A program made the position numbers and the translations under genes. This document shows positions 24,501-53,594 of a stretch of 64,000 bases of DNA, piece after piece. The stretch spans positions 10,912,001-10,976,000 of the forward strand of contig NW_027361824.1 in the NCBI RefSeq assembly GCF_039654945.1, given 5' to 3'. This DNA is from Dendrobates tinctorius (taxonomy: Eukaryota). The notes beneath the pieces are model-generated. The model was not told the origin of the DNA and did not search any database. It saw only the letters and a list, made by a program, of their open reading frames with translations. The stretch's first letter is position 1. Every line of letters starts with the position of its first letter.

Positions 24501-27052
24501 TCCTGGGGGTCTGAGGGAGGGAGCAGGTTCCTGATACTTAGGGTCTGAGGGAGCAGGTGCCCAGTCTTGGGGGCCTGAGTTAGGAAGCAGGTACCCAGTC
24601 CTGGGGCGTCTGAGTGAGGTAGCAGCTGTCCTCTCCAGGGGGAGCTGAGGGAGGGAACAGGTGCTTGGTCCTGGGGGTCTGAGGGAGGGAGCAGGTGCCC
24701 GATCCTGGGGGTCTGAGGGAGGGAGCAGGTGCCCGATCCTGGGATTCTGAGGGAGGGAGCCGGTGCCCAGTCCTGGGGGGTCTGAGTGAGGTAGCAGCTG
24801 TCCACTCTGGGGGGAGCTGAGGGAGGGAACAGGTGCTTGGTCCTAGGGGTCTGAGGGAGGGAGCAGGTGCCCGATCCTGGGGGTCTGAGGGAGGGAGCAG
24901 GTGCCCTGTCCTTGGAGTCTGAAGGAAGGAGCAGGTGTCCACTCCGGGGTCCTGAGGGCCAGGGAGAAGGCGCTTGGTCCTTGGGGTCTGAGGGAAGGAG
25001 CAGGTGCCCGATTCTGTGAGTCTGAGGAAGGCAGTGGGTAATAATGATCCATGGTAATGTGTAGATTTATTTTTACACATGTCCGGGGACACCACTTACC
25101 CTTCGTGAAATTTTGATTTTCTTTGTGCATCCAAAATACAAGTCCTCCAGAGAGAGGTAGAGATCTCGCTCAATTGGAGGGTCCTGTTTCTTCACTCCTC
25201 TTCCTCGCAGACCCCCAAATCCTGTATTCACTTCAGACCCATCGGATGAGAAAAAGTCTGGAGCAGAAACACAATGAAAGGAATGAGCCGATAGCAGGAA
25301 TTCACAGAAACCAAAGATCAATTGTGCTCTGGGTGCAACGACCGCCCCTAATGATGACCTAGAGGCCGGACCAGGACCCCATCACGTGTCTTGTTAAGGG
25401 GAAAATATATGGCATATCAATATATACAAGAATCAAAAACTGTGCCACTATATAGACGCTTTGCTGAATATTGGGATCATGTAGCTTTAAGATACTTCTG
25501 ATTTTCTGAGACTTATTTCTGTATTGTATAACCCACCTAGGCTTCATGCAATACTGGGTGGATTAGGGTGGACCGGGCTAGAAGACGATAATTATGTACA
25601 TAATGTTTATGTAGCGATATGGGAACATATGAGATCATATGAGATCAATACTAATTTGCTATTTGGGGTAAACAGTAATTTGGAAATGCACCCATGATGT
25701 AACACAATGAGACAGCGCGATTTCTGTTATAAAAACTGTACATCTCGGATTAAAGACAGAGAAGAATCATTTGACATGATACACCTTGTCTTGTGTGTTC
25801 TCTTCTCCGTGCACGTATAATCTCTGCCACAGACAATTAAGATGGCGACACAGGCATTCTGTGCGCTATATCAGTCTGGTCTGGGGAGACCCCGATTTGA
25901 TAATCCCCCTCCCTCCGCCATATCAAGCCGTCACTGGATCTTACCTGCAAAGGGATTATCTCCCCCAAAAAACTCCTTGAAGGTCTTGTCCGGATTCCCG
26001 TGGTACAGGTACCCCGATGTCCAGGCGTCCTGACCCCCGAATTCTGCCGGGATCCCGCCTTTCAGACCCTCCTCTCCAAACTTCTCATAAGTCGCCTTCT
26101 TCCTGGCTGCTCAGAGACGAGGCAGGATTAGTACAGGACCCCGACGACATGTCACCTCTTCACCGCCTCTGCTTGCTGTCAGCGCATGGAAACGTTCAGC
26201 AGAATCCGCCTCCTAATCCACATGTGAACACGCGCGGACACGGCTCGTAGCTGAAGGTTTGTTACAGTTGTATCCTAAACACATCATCGGCGGTCCTGTC
26301 CTGATAGTTTGTGACAATGTATCGGTGCAGGTAACATGTATCCTGCTGTGTCCCACTGTAACAAACCCTCAGCTGTGAGAAGGGTCGGGTGGCACAGGTT
26401 TACTCACGGTCACTGAGAACTTCGTAGGCCTCGGCGATCTGGCGGAATCGGTGCGGAGCGGACGGCTCCTTATTTTTCAGCGGATGATACTTCAATGCCA
26501 ACTTCCGGTACCTGGACCCCCCCCAAAAAAAAAATTGTATACGGAGGGATTAAAAGGGGCTCTATAGTCAGTGACCGAAAATCTGGCAGTTTTATAATCT
26601 ACATTTATTACTTTTTTGGCTTCTGCTCTAATTTGAGCAGGATAACGACATCCCTGGTTACCTGGAGTCCGTCAGCAAGCTGCTGCTGACGGATCTCACA
26701 TCAGGATGCATAAGGCGCAGTGCGCTCTATAGGGCTGTGGTCTGGTGACGTAACGATCGCAATAATTGTCAAAATCTATAGAAATTTCAATTACATTTAT
26801 ATAAAATGTGAAGAAAACCAAACACCCAAATTGTCATTTTTCGCTCTCACAAAATAAGTTATAAAAAAAACTACAACTCCCAGAATGCCTACATTGCCCC
26901 TCACTGCATTGTGGCTATCTAGGCATTCTGGGAGTTGTAGTTCTTACCACAGCTCGCCCGCCCACAATAGCTGACAACTCTTACGCTTTTTTAATGTCGG
27001 CATCCCCGGCGCTGCGGGTTATCTCCAGCACCGAGTAATAATCCTGCCCCAT
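18572..27052 (-). CDS. DNAJB13: DnaJ homolog subfamily B member 13 (radial-spoke HSP40), 316 aa, 8 coding exons
   Basis: Exons (5'->3') 27052-26985, 26511-26408, 26106-25945, 25257-25100, 22936-22823, 22739-22626, 18945-18869, 18725-18572, all GT-AG, total 951 nt. [106 protein letters not shown]. Confidence 0.96.
19140..20164. mobile_element. Solo LTR (1025 bp) in DNAJB13 intron 6
   Basis: TG...CA termini (TGAAAGG / CCTAACA) with 5-bp target-site duplication TTAGG at 19135-19139 and 20165-20169; CpG-rich. Confidence 0.8.
20452..21970. repeat. About 34-bp G-rich minisatellite (diverged), DNAJB13 intron 6
   Basis: Unit about GAGGGAGGGAGCAGGTGCCCGATCCTGGGGGTCT; explains ORFs 20446-22095. Confidence 0.95.
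22985..25030. repeat. 34-bp G-rich minisatellite of the same family, DNAJB13 intron 4, with a near-perfect core at about 23020-24000
   Basis: Unit GAGGGAAGGAGCAGGTGCCCGGTCCTGGGAATCT repeated almost identically about 29 times, then diverged units. Confidence 0.97.
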
Positions 27053-27340
27053 GACGATCCCGGCAGCTCTGCCTGCTGTTACTAAGGACGCCCGTACGCG
27101 GTGCACCTCGGGAGACAAACACCACGGTTACCACGGTGATTCTCACTTCGTACCTCCTCGCTTGTAGTTCCACGCACGGCCTAAAGGTGGCAGCAGCATA
27201 AAAACGTTCTACTTCGATCTTCTGACGGGGCGTAACATGGACATTCTGGGAACTGTAGTCCTTTGTGTTTGAATTTCCTTTAGCCTGTATTGAGAGCTGA
27301 CTACAACTTCCGTCAGCCATTGCGCGCCCAGTGCAGGTAC
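26870..27340. promoter_or_regulatory. CpG-rich bidirectional promoter region of DNAJB13 and zinc-finger gene A, with RFX X-box-like and ZNF143-type motifs
   Basis: X-box-like CTGTTACTAAGGAC 27076-27089 and GTTACCACGGTGAT 27127-27140; ACTACAnnTCCCAGAATG motifs at 26870-26888, 26923-26941 (reverse) and 27242-27261 (reverse), GACTACAACTTCCG 27299-27312; the divergent ATGs are 885 bp apart. Confidence 0.65.
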
Positions 27341-27936
27341 AATAGATGCTAATGTGATCCGGTGCCGCTGATACTGCTCCCTGCTGCCCCGGGATCACGG
27401 TATGGATGCCTATGAGCGGGGTAATGATGGCTGATGGCCGTAGATATTGATATTATCGCTGCAGGGGGCAGGAGTTGTGCCAAACCTACCCATGTGTCTT
27501 GTAGTACTGAGAATGAGCAATCAGGGGGCGCAGTTTGTTCGGATAGGGGATGATTGACATTCAAAGTAGCCAATGGTAGTGAGGGCCTCCTGCCATTCTG
27601 CTCTCTGATTGGCTGTGCGTGTTGCAATGGGCGGGGCCACCTCAGGTCATTCTCAATCTAATTAAGTGACTTTTTATAAGTGATATGTGGGCAATAAAGA
27701 GAAATATAGCGAATCTGCCGCCAGAAATAATAGTGTCTCGCTTTATGTTATCTGACAAAGCTTACATCTATTGATTTTGGAGATGCCCTCGAAATGATCA
27801 AATGTTTATGTCCGTCTTGAGCGCTGTGGTCGGGACAGGTCAGAAATGAGAGTGACGGTAACGTAACAGTGACGTCGTGCCCATAGTCATTACTTTGTGT
27901 TTTTTCCCATCCCACAGTCGACATCGACCATTGAAG

Positions 27937-44376
<16,440 letters not shown>

Positions 44377-44779
44377 ACGGATACCCCCCCCCCATTTGAC
44401 TGTTCTTTAGGCTGCTCCTTGGGTTTGTGTCTATGCTTGCTGCGGAAGGAACCATTTTTTTTTTTTTTTATTAGGGGTGGATGAATATTAGAATGCAACA
44501 TCCCAATGTATGGAAGTGAGGGATGTCTCGGAGAACAGGCATTGCTGTGTGGATGCCTCGGGTATGAAGAAGGACAGGAATGTGACAACCGGCCCTGAGT
44601 GCCCCATACCAGATCTCATGAGACATGGAGACTAGGCAGTGATCCCTGGGAGCCTTATAGCTAGGGAGCTAGTGCTGCCCCTCTAAGGTGATTAGCATTT
44701 GCATTAAATAACTATTAATGTACAGGTCTTAGCGATAAAGCTGCCAGATATATACGGCCACATGCCCTGGAACTGGTGT

Positions 44780-45075
44780 CCCTGGTGCTCTAGGGCAGTG
44801 AGGATCCAGGGTCCCTGGCGATCTAGGGCAGTAGTGATCCGACAACCCTGGTGGTCTAGGGCAGTGGGGATCGGACTTCCCTGGTGGTGTGGGGCAGTGG
44901 GGATCAGACGTCCCTGGTGGTGTGGGGATCCGACGTCTCTGGTGGTGTGGGGATCCGACGTCTCTGGTGGTGTGGGGATCCGACGTCCCTGGTGGTGTGG
45001 AGATCCGACGTCCCTGGTGGTGTGGGGCAGTAGTGATCCGACATCCCTGGTGGTGTAGGGCAGTAGGGATCTAGT
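44780..45075. repeat. About 25-bp minisatellite downstream of zinc-finger gene A
   Basis: Unit GGGGATCCGACGTC(C/T)CTGGTGGTGT with longer diverged units at the flanks. Confidence 0.85.
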
Positions 45076-45407
45076 ATTTATGGTTATCCAATGCAGTGAG
45101 CATCCAGTATCCCTGATGATCTAGGATACTGAAGCGATCCATGTAATGGTCTCTAAGATCCCCTTTTTAAGGGATAGGAAGGGTTAATACTGCACACCTG
45201 GGACAATAGGTTACGCGCCCCTTCAGGCTCCATCATTGTCCTGGGTATAACAGGAGACTAAACATTTCCTTTCTACATTGATCATTCAGATGAGAGCATG
45301 GAGGGTAGAGAGCGAGGAGCATGATTGGGCAGAGTAATGACTGCTCTGCCCCATCGTTGATGGAGAGCTCATTCTGTGCAGACGCTCCCTGAGCAGATGT
45401 AGCTCTA

Positions 45408-46290
45408 CACCGTGTGCAGAATTATTAGGTAATTTGTATTTTCGATGACTAATATTATTATCTATCAGTCAATCCAAAAGGTTAATAAACCTGAATATTT
45501 AAGAAAGTCTCAGTGCGGTTTTATGCTTCTTGGGAGAATCTCTGTGAGCAGAATTATTGGGCAATCAAATGAAAAACACATTTTCCATCTCAATTGATTA
45601 TTTTCTTCTGCTACAGTAAGAATAAGAACCGAACATCAGTTTACACAATCCATTTCTGACATTTCCACAGATGTCAGGATGATATAGTATTATATATAGT
45701 AATATGGCCGCTGTTCTTCTCAGTAACAGTCATAAGCTCCATCCACGGAGTCTGTCAGGTTCTTCATTTTTTTTTTGGGCAGCGCCCACTACAGCCCCAG
45801 ACACTGATCGAAGAGGTGACTGTTCTCCTTCATTGCGATCTCTCGGGTTCAGCGGTGAGGACGGCTTGGGTCATTGTTCTCCATCGTTATGGCTTTTCCT
45901 GGCCCCGAGCATTGGAGACTTCGTTGCTGCAATGGAGCCCTGTCCTGCAGAACAATCCTGGTTTTCTGGAAAGATACAGACTTTTTCCTGCTCCACTGCT
46001 GGAAGAAAGTGTCTTCTAATCATCAGCAGGAGGTTTGGAGGTGATTTTTTTGAGTCCATCTTCAACCTGAAAAGATGCAACAAGCTCATCGGTAATAATC
46101 CTGGTCCATAGTAGAGCCCACCTCCACCATGCTGGTGTCTGAGGGGAAGTAGAGGTCTGTGCCTAGTACTGATCCAACCACGATCCATTCATCTGTTCCA
46201 TCAAGAGTTGTCTCATCAGGCCATAAAACCTTTCAGCAATCCATCTTCAGATATTTCTTGGCCCAGTCTTCATGTTTCCACTTTGTGTCT
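45408..46290 (-). mobile_element. Degenerate Tc1-like fragment
   Basis: TA-CACCGTGTGCAGAATTATTAGG terminus with internal repeat CAGAATTATTGGGCAA; decayed transposase-like RHQHGGGG on the minus strand. Confidence 0.55.
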
Positions 46291-46601
46291 TTGTTACACA
46301 CCTGACATCCCAGGCTCCCTTTCCTTCCCCTGGGTCCGCTGCCTTGTGTTGGGCTCCACATTGTGTTTTGCAACTTGCCCAGCCTGGATCAATGACTAGA
46401 CCTATCTAAGGCTCATTTACACAAACCTGTGTCTTGGGATTTTGACTATACAGTTCCTGGTTTGGCCTACTCCATTATCTGTACTACTGTGTTACAACTC
46501 TCATCCATTCCTGCTGGGTTCCCCTCCATCTGTCCGTCTGCTCCTAGGTTTCCAGTTAGTCTTAGTCCACACAATTCCACATGTTCTCTGGAAACTGCAT
46601 C

Positions 46602-47451
46602 TGTTATGAACAGATCACCGAGGAGGATGGCAGGAATAGGCTAGGCCACCAGGAAACCAGAAAGGTTGGTCACTTAGCGAATTACAGACCCCTAATCCTA
46701 ACAACACAACTAGCAGTAGCCGTGGAGCCTCCCCTCGATGCCCTAGACGCCTCGACACAGCCGGAGAACTAACTAGGCCTAAAGCAAGAAAGGTGGAATC
46801 TAAACTGCCCCGGAGTAGAACCCCAAAGAAATAGCCCCCAAACATGTATTGTTGGTGAGACCAGATGAGGGACAAACACAGGCATAGAAGAGACTGAGCA
46901 AATGATTGGGCCCACACTATCCAGATAGGAAAGGAAAGACACTATCTTCAATCACGCAAAAACCCTAAAAAATCCAACACGTCTGATGTACAAAAAACCC
47001 TGAGATCTCACGACCTCTCCCCCACTATATCAACATTCTGGTGTAAACTGGCAGCAAAGCAAAAGAGACTAATATAACAGGGGACTGAACAAACTGACAC
47101 AAGCTGTGACATATGGAACGGGGTCCAGCACATCCTCAACAGGGAGCATGCTGAACACGCGCAGCAAAGCAGAAAGAGGCAAAACCAGATCAGAAGCAAA
47201 GGATTAGCAAATGAACAACTTAGTTGAAAAACGCAGGATCAGGCAGGAGACAGCAGACCTCAAGTTGCACAGGAAGAACTAATCACCAGCAACAATTGAG
47301 GGAAGCCTGCTCACTTAAATACTCCCAATCAGTAACACCAGATCTCCAATCATCATCATCAGGTGGCAGACGTCTGTCAATCCGGCCTGCACCACTACCC
47401 ACAGTAACCACCTGAGGGAGTCCTGACTCAGAAGTAAGAGAATTCACAACA
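46602..47451. mobile_element. Solo LTR (850 bp)
   Basis: Termini TGTTATGAA / TTCACAACA (8/9 inverted match); flanks TGCATC and TGCACC (imperfect duplication). Confidence 0.7.
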
Positions 47452-50153
47452 TGCACCAACACCCAAGGTCCATGTGCCCACCCGGAGAAGAGGCTTAGTA
47501 GTCCACCTTACCTGGTAATTCCAGAATTCCAAGATCATGGATCCAAGAGGTAGAGCAGCTACAGTAGTGTTCAAAATACTAGCAGTCCAATATGACTAAT
47601 CAGTGTTTTTGGTAAAAATTGTATTCCCACTTGTCACACAATTTACCAGTTGGTGCAGGAGAGTCTAAGAAAACCACCAGACTCCCCATTCATGATCTGC
47701 AGGCTTCTGAGTCTGAGTATTAGAATAATTAATTTTACAGGGCTTTTCAAAATAATATCGTGGAGATCAATTAGTGAGGTCAATCATTCTGTGGAGACGG
47801 GTGTGAATCAGGAGGCCCTTTATCTAAGGGTGAAGACAGGACATATTGTAGATGCATTTCTCCTTGAAAGCCTAAGACATTGTTCAGAAGAACAGCGTAC
47901 TGTGATTAACCAGTTGATTGGAGAAGGTAAAACTTATAACAAAGTGCAGACAATGATCAGCTGCTCAGCTAAAATGATCATAGAATCGTAGAGTTGGAAG
48001 GGACCTCCTGGGCCATCTGGTCCAACCCCCTGCTCAAAGCAGGATTCACTAAATCATCCCAGACAGATATCTGTCCAGCCTCTGAAGACTTCTATTGAAG
48101 GAGAACTCACCACCTCTCGTGGCAACCTGTTCCACTCATTGATCACTCTGTCAAATAGTTTTTTCTAATATCTAATCTGTGTTTCCTCCCATTCAGTTTC
48201 ATCCCATTGCTTCTAGTCTTTCCTTGTGCAAATGAGAATAAAGTTGATCCTTCTACAATGTGACAGCCCTTTAGATATTTGTAGACAGCTATTAAGTCTC
48301 CTCTCAGTCTTCTCTTTTGCAAGCTAAACATTCCCAAATCCTGCAACCTTTCCTCATGAGACAGGGTTTGCAGACCGGTCACCATTCTGGTCGCTCTTTT
48401 CTGAACTTGCTCCAGTTTGTTGATGTCTTTTTTAAAATGTGGCTCCCAAAATTGGACACAGTATTCCAGATGAGGTCTGACCAAAGAGGAGTAGAGGGAA
48501 ATAATGACTTCACGTGATCTAGACTATATGCTTCTGTTAATACATCCTAGAATTGCATTTGCCTTTTTTGCTGCTGCATCACACTGTTTACTCATATTCA
48601 GTCTGTGATCTATTAGTATACCCAAGTCTTTTTCACATGTGCTGTTGCTTAGCCCTATTCCTCCCATTCTGTATATGCTTTTTTTTCGTTTTTATCGCCC
48701 AGATGTAGTACTTTGCATTTTTCCCTGTTAAAACCATTCTGTTAGTTGCTGCCCACTGCTCCAGTTTATTTATATCTTTTTGAATCCTCTCTCTCTCTTC
48801 TCTAGTATTAGCTATCCCTCCTAGCTTTGTGTCATCAGCAAATTTAATCAGTTTACCCTCAATTCCTTCTAAATCTAAATCGTTGATAAATATATTGAAC
48901 AATACAGGGTCCAGGACAGAGCCCTGTGGTACCCCACTTGAGACATTCTTCCAACTGGATTTGCAGCCATTTACGACCACTCTTTGGGTCCGATCACTAA
49001 GCCAGTTATGAATCCACCTAACAGTTGCCTTGTCCATTCCAAGCTCAGTCATTTTTTCAATAAGGATTGTGTGAGATACTTTGTCAAATGCTTTGCTGAA
49101 GTCAAGATATACTATATCTACAGCATTTCCCTGATCCATCCAATCAGTGATTCCGTCATAGAAGGAAATTAAGTTAGTCTGACATGACTTATTAGTTACA
49201 AACCCATGCTGACTGTTTAATCACTTCATTCTTATCCAGGTACTGACATACATGTTGTTTAATAATTTGTTCAAAGATCTTTCCTGGTATAGAAGTCAGA
49301 CTCACTGGCCTATAGTTGCCTGGGTCCACCTTCTTCCCCTTTTTGAAGATAGGAACAACATTTGCTCTTCTCCAGTCTTCTGGCACTTCTCCTTGTTCTC
49401 CAAGAATTTTCAAAGATTATGGAGAGGGGTTCAAAGATTTCTTCTGCTATCTCCTTCAGTACTCTGGGGTGTAATTAATCTGGACCTGGAGACTTGAATT
49501 CATTTAGGTTAGCTAAGTGTTTCCTCACTGTCTTTCTGTCTATAGTTATCCTGGATTCTTCTATTCCCTTAATAGGACAGTGAAGAACAGTTGATGTTAC
49601 ATTTCCTTTCTGAGAGAAAACGGATGCAAAATAGGAATTTAAAAGTTCAGCCTTCTCAACATCCTGTCTTACCATTTCATCATTTTCATCCTGTAAAAAT
49701 CCTATAGCATCTTTGTCTTTTCTTTTACTTTTGACATATCCCCAAAATCCTTTATTATTGCTTTTGACATCTCTTGCAAGCCTCAATTCATTGTCAGCTT
49801 TAGATAATCTGATTTGTGCCCTGCAGGTTCTGCAGACAGCATTATATTCTTCTTTAGATATGCCTCCCTCTTTCCATTTTATAAACATTTCTTTCTTCCT
49901 TTTTAGCATGTGCTTAAGTTCTGTGTTCATCCATCCTGGTTTCCTTAAATGCTTCCTATTCTTCCCTCTTTTCTGAATTGTTAACAATTGTGCTTTGAGA
50001 ATTTCATTTTTCAAGATTTCCCATCCTTCCTGGACATTTTTGTCTTTAAGGATATCCAGCCATTGGATCCCTCCAATTCTCTTTCTGAATCCCTTAAAAT
50101 CTGCCTTTCTAAAATCTAACCTTGAAGTCTGAGTCTTCACAGGTCTTCCTCCT

Positions 50154-52787
50154 TGTGACGAGCGCGTCAGCTTAAGCTGAGTCGTTTTTCCTTTTTCTAG
50201 AGTGGACCCTCTGGGCCGTGGCACCCACCCACCTAGGGCGAGCTGGCCTAGTGAGAACCTACCCCCTGTACAGGGAGTGTCGGGCAATACCAAGGGGGTG
50301 AGCCACCACGGCAGCTGGACCAGAGGGCCGGCTCAGGGAGACACTATTGAGTGTCTAGCAACAGGATGAACAGGATAAGAAACATAAGTGAGGTCACAGG
50401 GTTTCTTCAGCAAACGTGGTTACACACTTTAATCAGATACAAGGCAAAAACAGAGAATCAGATGCAGGGCACCAACGGTGAAACACGGCAAGGTGCGTGC
50501 AAGGGCACGCCAAAAGTTCAGACATAACACGTGCAGAAAACATACCGGAGTCCAGGGCAGGGTACGTGTTAGGGATCACACAAGTGTTCCTAGGAGGGAG
50601 GTGTGCTAGGACACGCCAGAGTCCAAGACAAGGTGCGCGCCGAGAGACACGCCAGAGTCCAAGGCAGGGTGCGTGCAAGGAGACACGCTAGGATCCAAGA
50701 CAGGGTGCGATGGCATCGGACGCCGGACTACTGGCAACGACCGACAGGATCCAGGCATCAGGCTGCGGAAATCAGCTCCGGACATCAGGCCGCAGTCATC
50801 TGGTTCCGGACCTCTGGCAGCGGTCGGCAGGTTTTGGGAATCCGGCAGGCAAGCCAGGGTTCAAGGCAGGGTGCGTGCTTGGAGCCACGCCAGGGTTCAA
50901 GGCAGGGTGCGTGCTTGGAGCCACGCCAGGGTTCAAGGCAGGGTGCGTGCTTGGAGCCACGCCAGGGTTCAAGGCAGGGTGCGTGCTTGGAGCCACGCCA
51001 GGGTTCAAGGCAGGGTGCGTGCTTGGAGCCACGCCAGGGTTCAAGGCAGGGTGCGTGCTTGGAGCCACGTCAGGGTTCATTCAAGGATGGAGGCCTGCGC
51101 GTGTAGAGGGCATGCCAGGGACAGGTTCAAGGACGGAGGCCTGCGCGTGTAGAGGGCACGCCAGGGACAGGTTCAAGGATGGAGGCCTGTGCCTGTAGAG
51201 GGACACGCCAGGGAAAGGTACAGAGCAGAGTCCTGCGTGTGCAAAGGAACACGCCAGGGTCAGGTTCAAGGATGGAGGCCTGCGCATGCCGAGGTGCATG
51301 CCAGGGACAGGTTCAGAGCAGAGTCCTGCGCGTGCAAAGGAACATGCCAGGGTCAGGTTCAAGGACGGAGGCCTGCGCATGCCGAGGGGCATGCCAGGGA
51401 GAGTTTTAAAGCAGAGTCCTGCGCGTGCAGAGAGGCACGCCAGGGTCAGGGTTCAAGACAAGGTACAGACTAGGACCTGTGCGTGCTAGAGGGCACGACA
51501 GGGTACATGGCAAAACCTGCGCGTACTTTTATAGAAGCACGGGAAGGTATGCCAAGGACAGGCGAGGACCTGCGTATGCTATAGAGCACGAAGAGCACAG
51601 TGCAGAAACAGCGTGAAGTGCAAGGAAGCACAGAGAGCACAGCTGGGGCACTGGCTAGCTGATCGGTCTGCAGCACTAACAGGCGGGCAAGACTCCAGCG
51701 AACCCGGCTGAGGCATAGCAGGCGACACAGCTGTCACTGACCGACGAGCACGGCTGAGGCACAAGCAGGCAGGCACGGCTAGGGCGGGCACGGCTGAGGC
51801 ACAAACAGGAGGCTAGGAAGGCCAGGCGCATGCAAAGGGCACACGAAGCATCAAAGCAAAGCAAGAAAAGAAACAAGGCAGAGCTAGGCAGGTACGGAAC
51901 ACGGAGCGGAAACTTAGGCAAAGACACAGAGTCAGATCAGAGTGAGAACAGAGCTAGCAGCGGAGCGTAGGCCGAAGCCCAGAGCCGGGCCAAGGCAGAG
52001 CTTTGGGACTAGTCAGGGAGTGTGCTAGAGAGTACCAGAGGACAGAGTCTAGCAGCGGAGCGTAGGCCGAAGCCCAGAGCCTGGCCAAGGCGGAGCCTTG
52101 GGACTAGACATAGAAATGTGCAAGAGAGCACAACAGGTGAGAGAGGAGGAATGGTGCGTGTGCCAGGAGGCACTACAGAACACCATAGGAAGAGAGCGAG
52201 GCAGAACAAGCAAAGACCGAGAACATAGGAAGGAACACAAGGCAGAGTATAGCGAAGGCAAGACATGGCAGAAACAGGCAAGGCAGAGAACAACGGAAGG
52301 ACCACAAGTCCAAGCAGGACAAGGACGAAACATGGCACAACGGACAAACATAAGACAAGGCACGGGACAAGAGACGGAGTACAAGCACGGAGCGTGTGCA
52401 GAGACGTACGACAGAGCAAAGTGTAGGGGCACAGAATACAGGAGCGACCCAGCAGGCCAAGCAGCCATGCAGGGAAGCAACACGATACTCAGGCCCTGAC
52501 CATAGGGAGGGGCGGTCTGATATAGCACCATAGCACCAGTACTTCCGGGTCAGGACCAGGGTGGGACTTTGGGTTCAGATCCTGCAGGATCATAGAGAGC
52601 ATCGCTAGAACAGCCTGGGTAGAACCATAGAGGAGGTCACATGATCAGGGGTTTCCAGGAATACAGCGGATTGCAGAGTCAAACAGAGACGGATGGTTAC
52701 CCAGCAACAGCGTGCAGCCATGAGGTAAGGCGCGCGTGCACACCGCTCCAGGCATCTTGTGGCATGACAGACATGGTGGACATGACA
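50154..52787. mobile_element. LTR-like insertion (2634 bp; solo LTR or non-autonomous element) inside CR1 ORF2
   Basis: TGTGACG...CATGACA termini; 5-bp TSD CTCCT at 50149-50153 and 52788-52792; removing it restores ITRG|GRPVK in CR1 ORF2. Confidence 0.88.
50853..51078. repeat. 36-bp tandem repeat (about 6 units) within the LTR-like insert
   Basis: Unit CCAGGGTTCAAGGCAGGGTGCGTGCTTGGAGCCACG; related diverged units span about 50490-51500. Confidence 0.92.
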
Positions 52788-53594
52788 CTCCTCTAGTTAT
52801 CCAAAATTCTAAAATAGCATGGTCGCTACCTCCTAGGGTCCCAGCCACTTTTACCTCCTCAACCATTTCCTCCCTGTTTATAAGGATTAGATCCAAGGTA
52901 GCAGTTCCCCTTGTTTTCTCCCTTACCTTTTGGAAGATAAAGTTGTCAGCAAGAGAGTATAAGAATTTCCTTGACATGTTAGTTTTGCCTGAGAGAGATT
53001 CCCAGCAAATGTCTGGATAGTTGAAATCTCCCATGACAACTATGTCATATTTTTTGGAGAACTTGGCCATTTGATGCATAAAGAGTTCATCCATATCTTC
53101 AGCTTGCACAGGCGGCCTGTAGTAAATGCCTACAATGGTGTCCTTTCCATTGTTCTCGCCTTGTATTCTTACCCAAACAGTTTCCACAGAACTCCCAGTC
53201 TCTGAAGCTTCAATCTCTGTGCAGATATACACGTTTCTAACATACAATGCGACACCCCCTCCTCGTTTATCAAGTCTGTTTCTTGCAAATAAGTTGTATC
53301 CTTCTAGTCTTGTATTCCAATCATGTGTATTGTCCCACCAAGTTTCAGTGATTCCAATGACATCATATTTCTTTTCCTGTGTTAGTAGTTCCAATTCTCC
53401 TTGTTTGTTGCCCATGCTTTGTGCATTAGTATAGAAACATTTTAGTTTGTGATTGGTTTCTCTTTCTCCAATATTTTTATTAATTAGATTCTTTCGTCTT
53501 TGTTCTTCCTTTCCACTTCTAATAGCAGAGTTCTCAATAGCATTTGTCAGGTGTATGGCTTTTTCTGGTCTTTTGCTTCCCTTCCCACATTGTT

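Noticed and set aside
20446-25130. Pro-rich minus-strand ORFs (e.g. 392 aa at 20446-21624)
   Set aside because: Translations of the 34-bp minisatellite inside DNAJB13 introns.
50433-52531. Cluster of ORFs inside the 2.6-kb insert
   Set aside because: Low-complexity and tandem-repeat translations with no gag, pol or env motifs.
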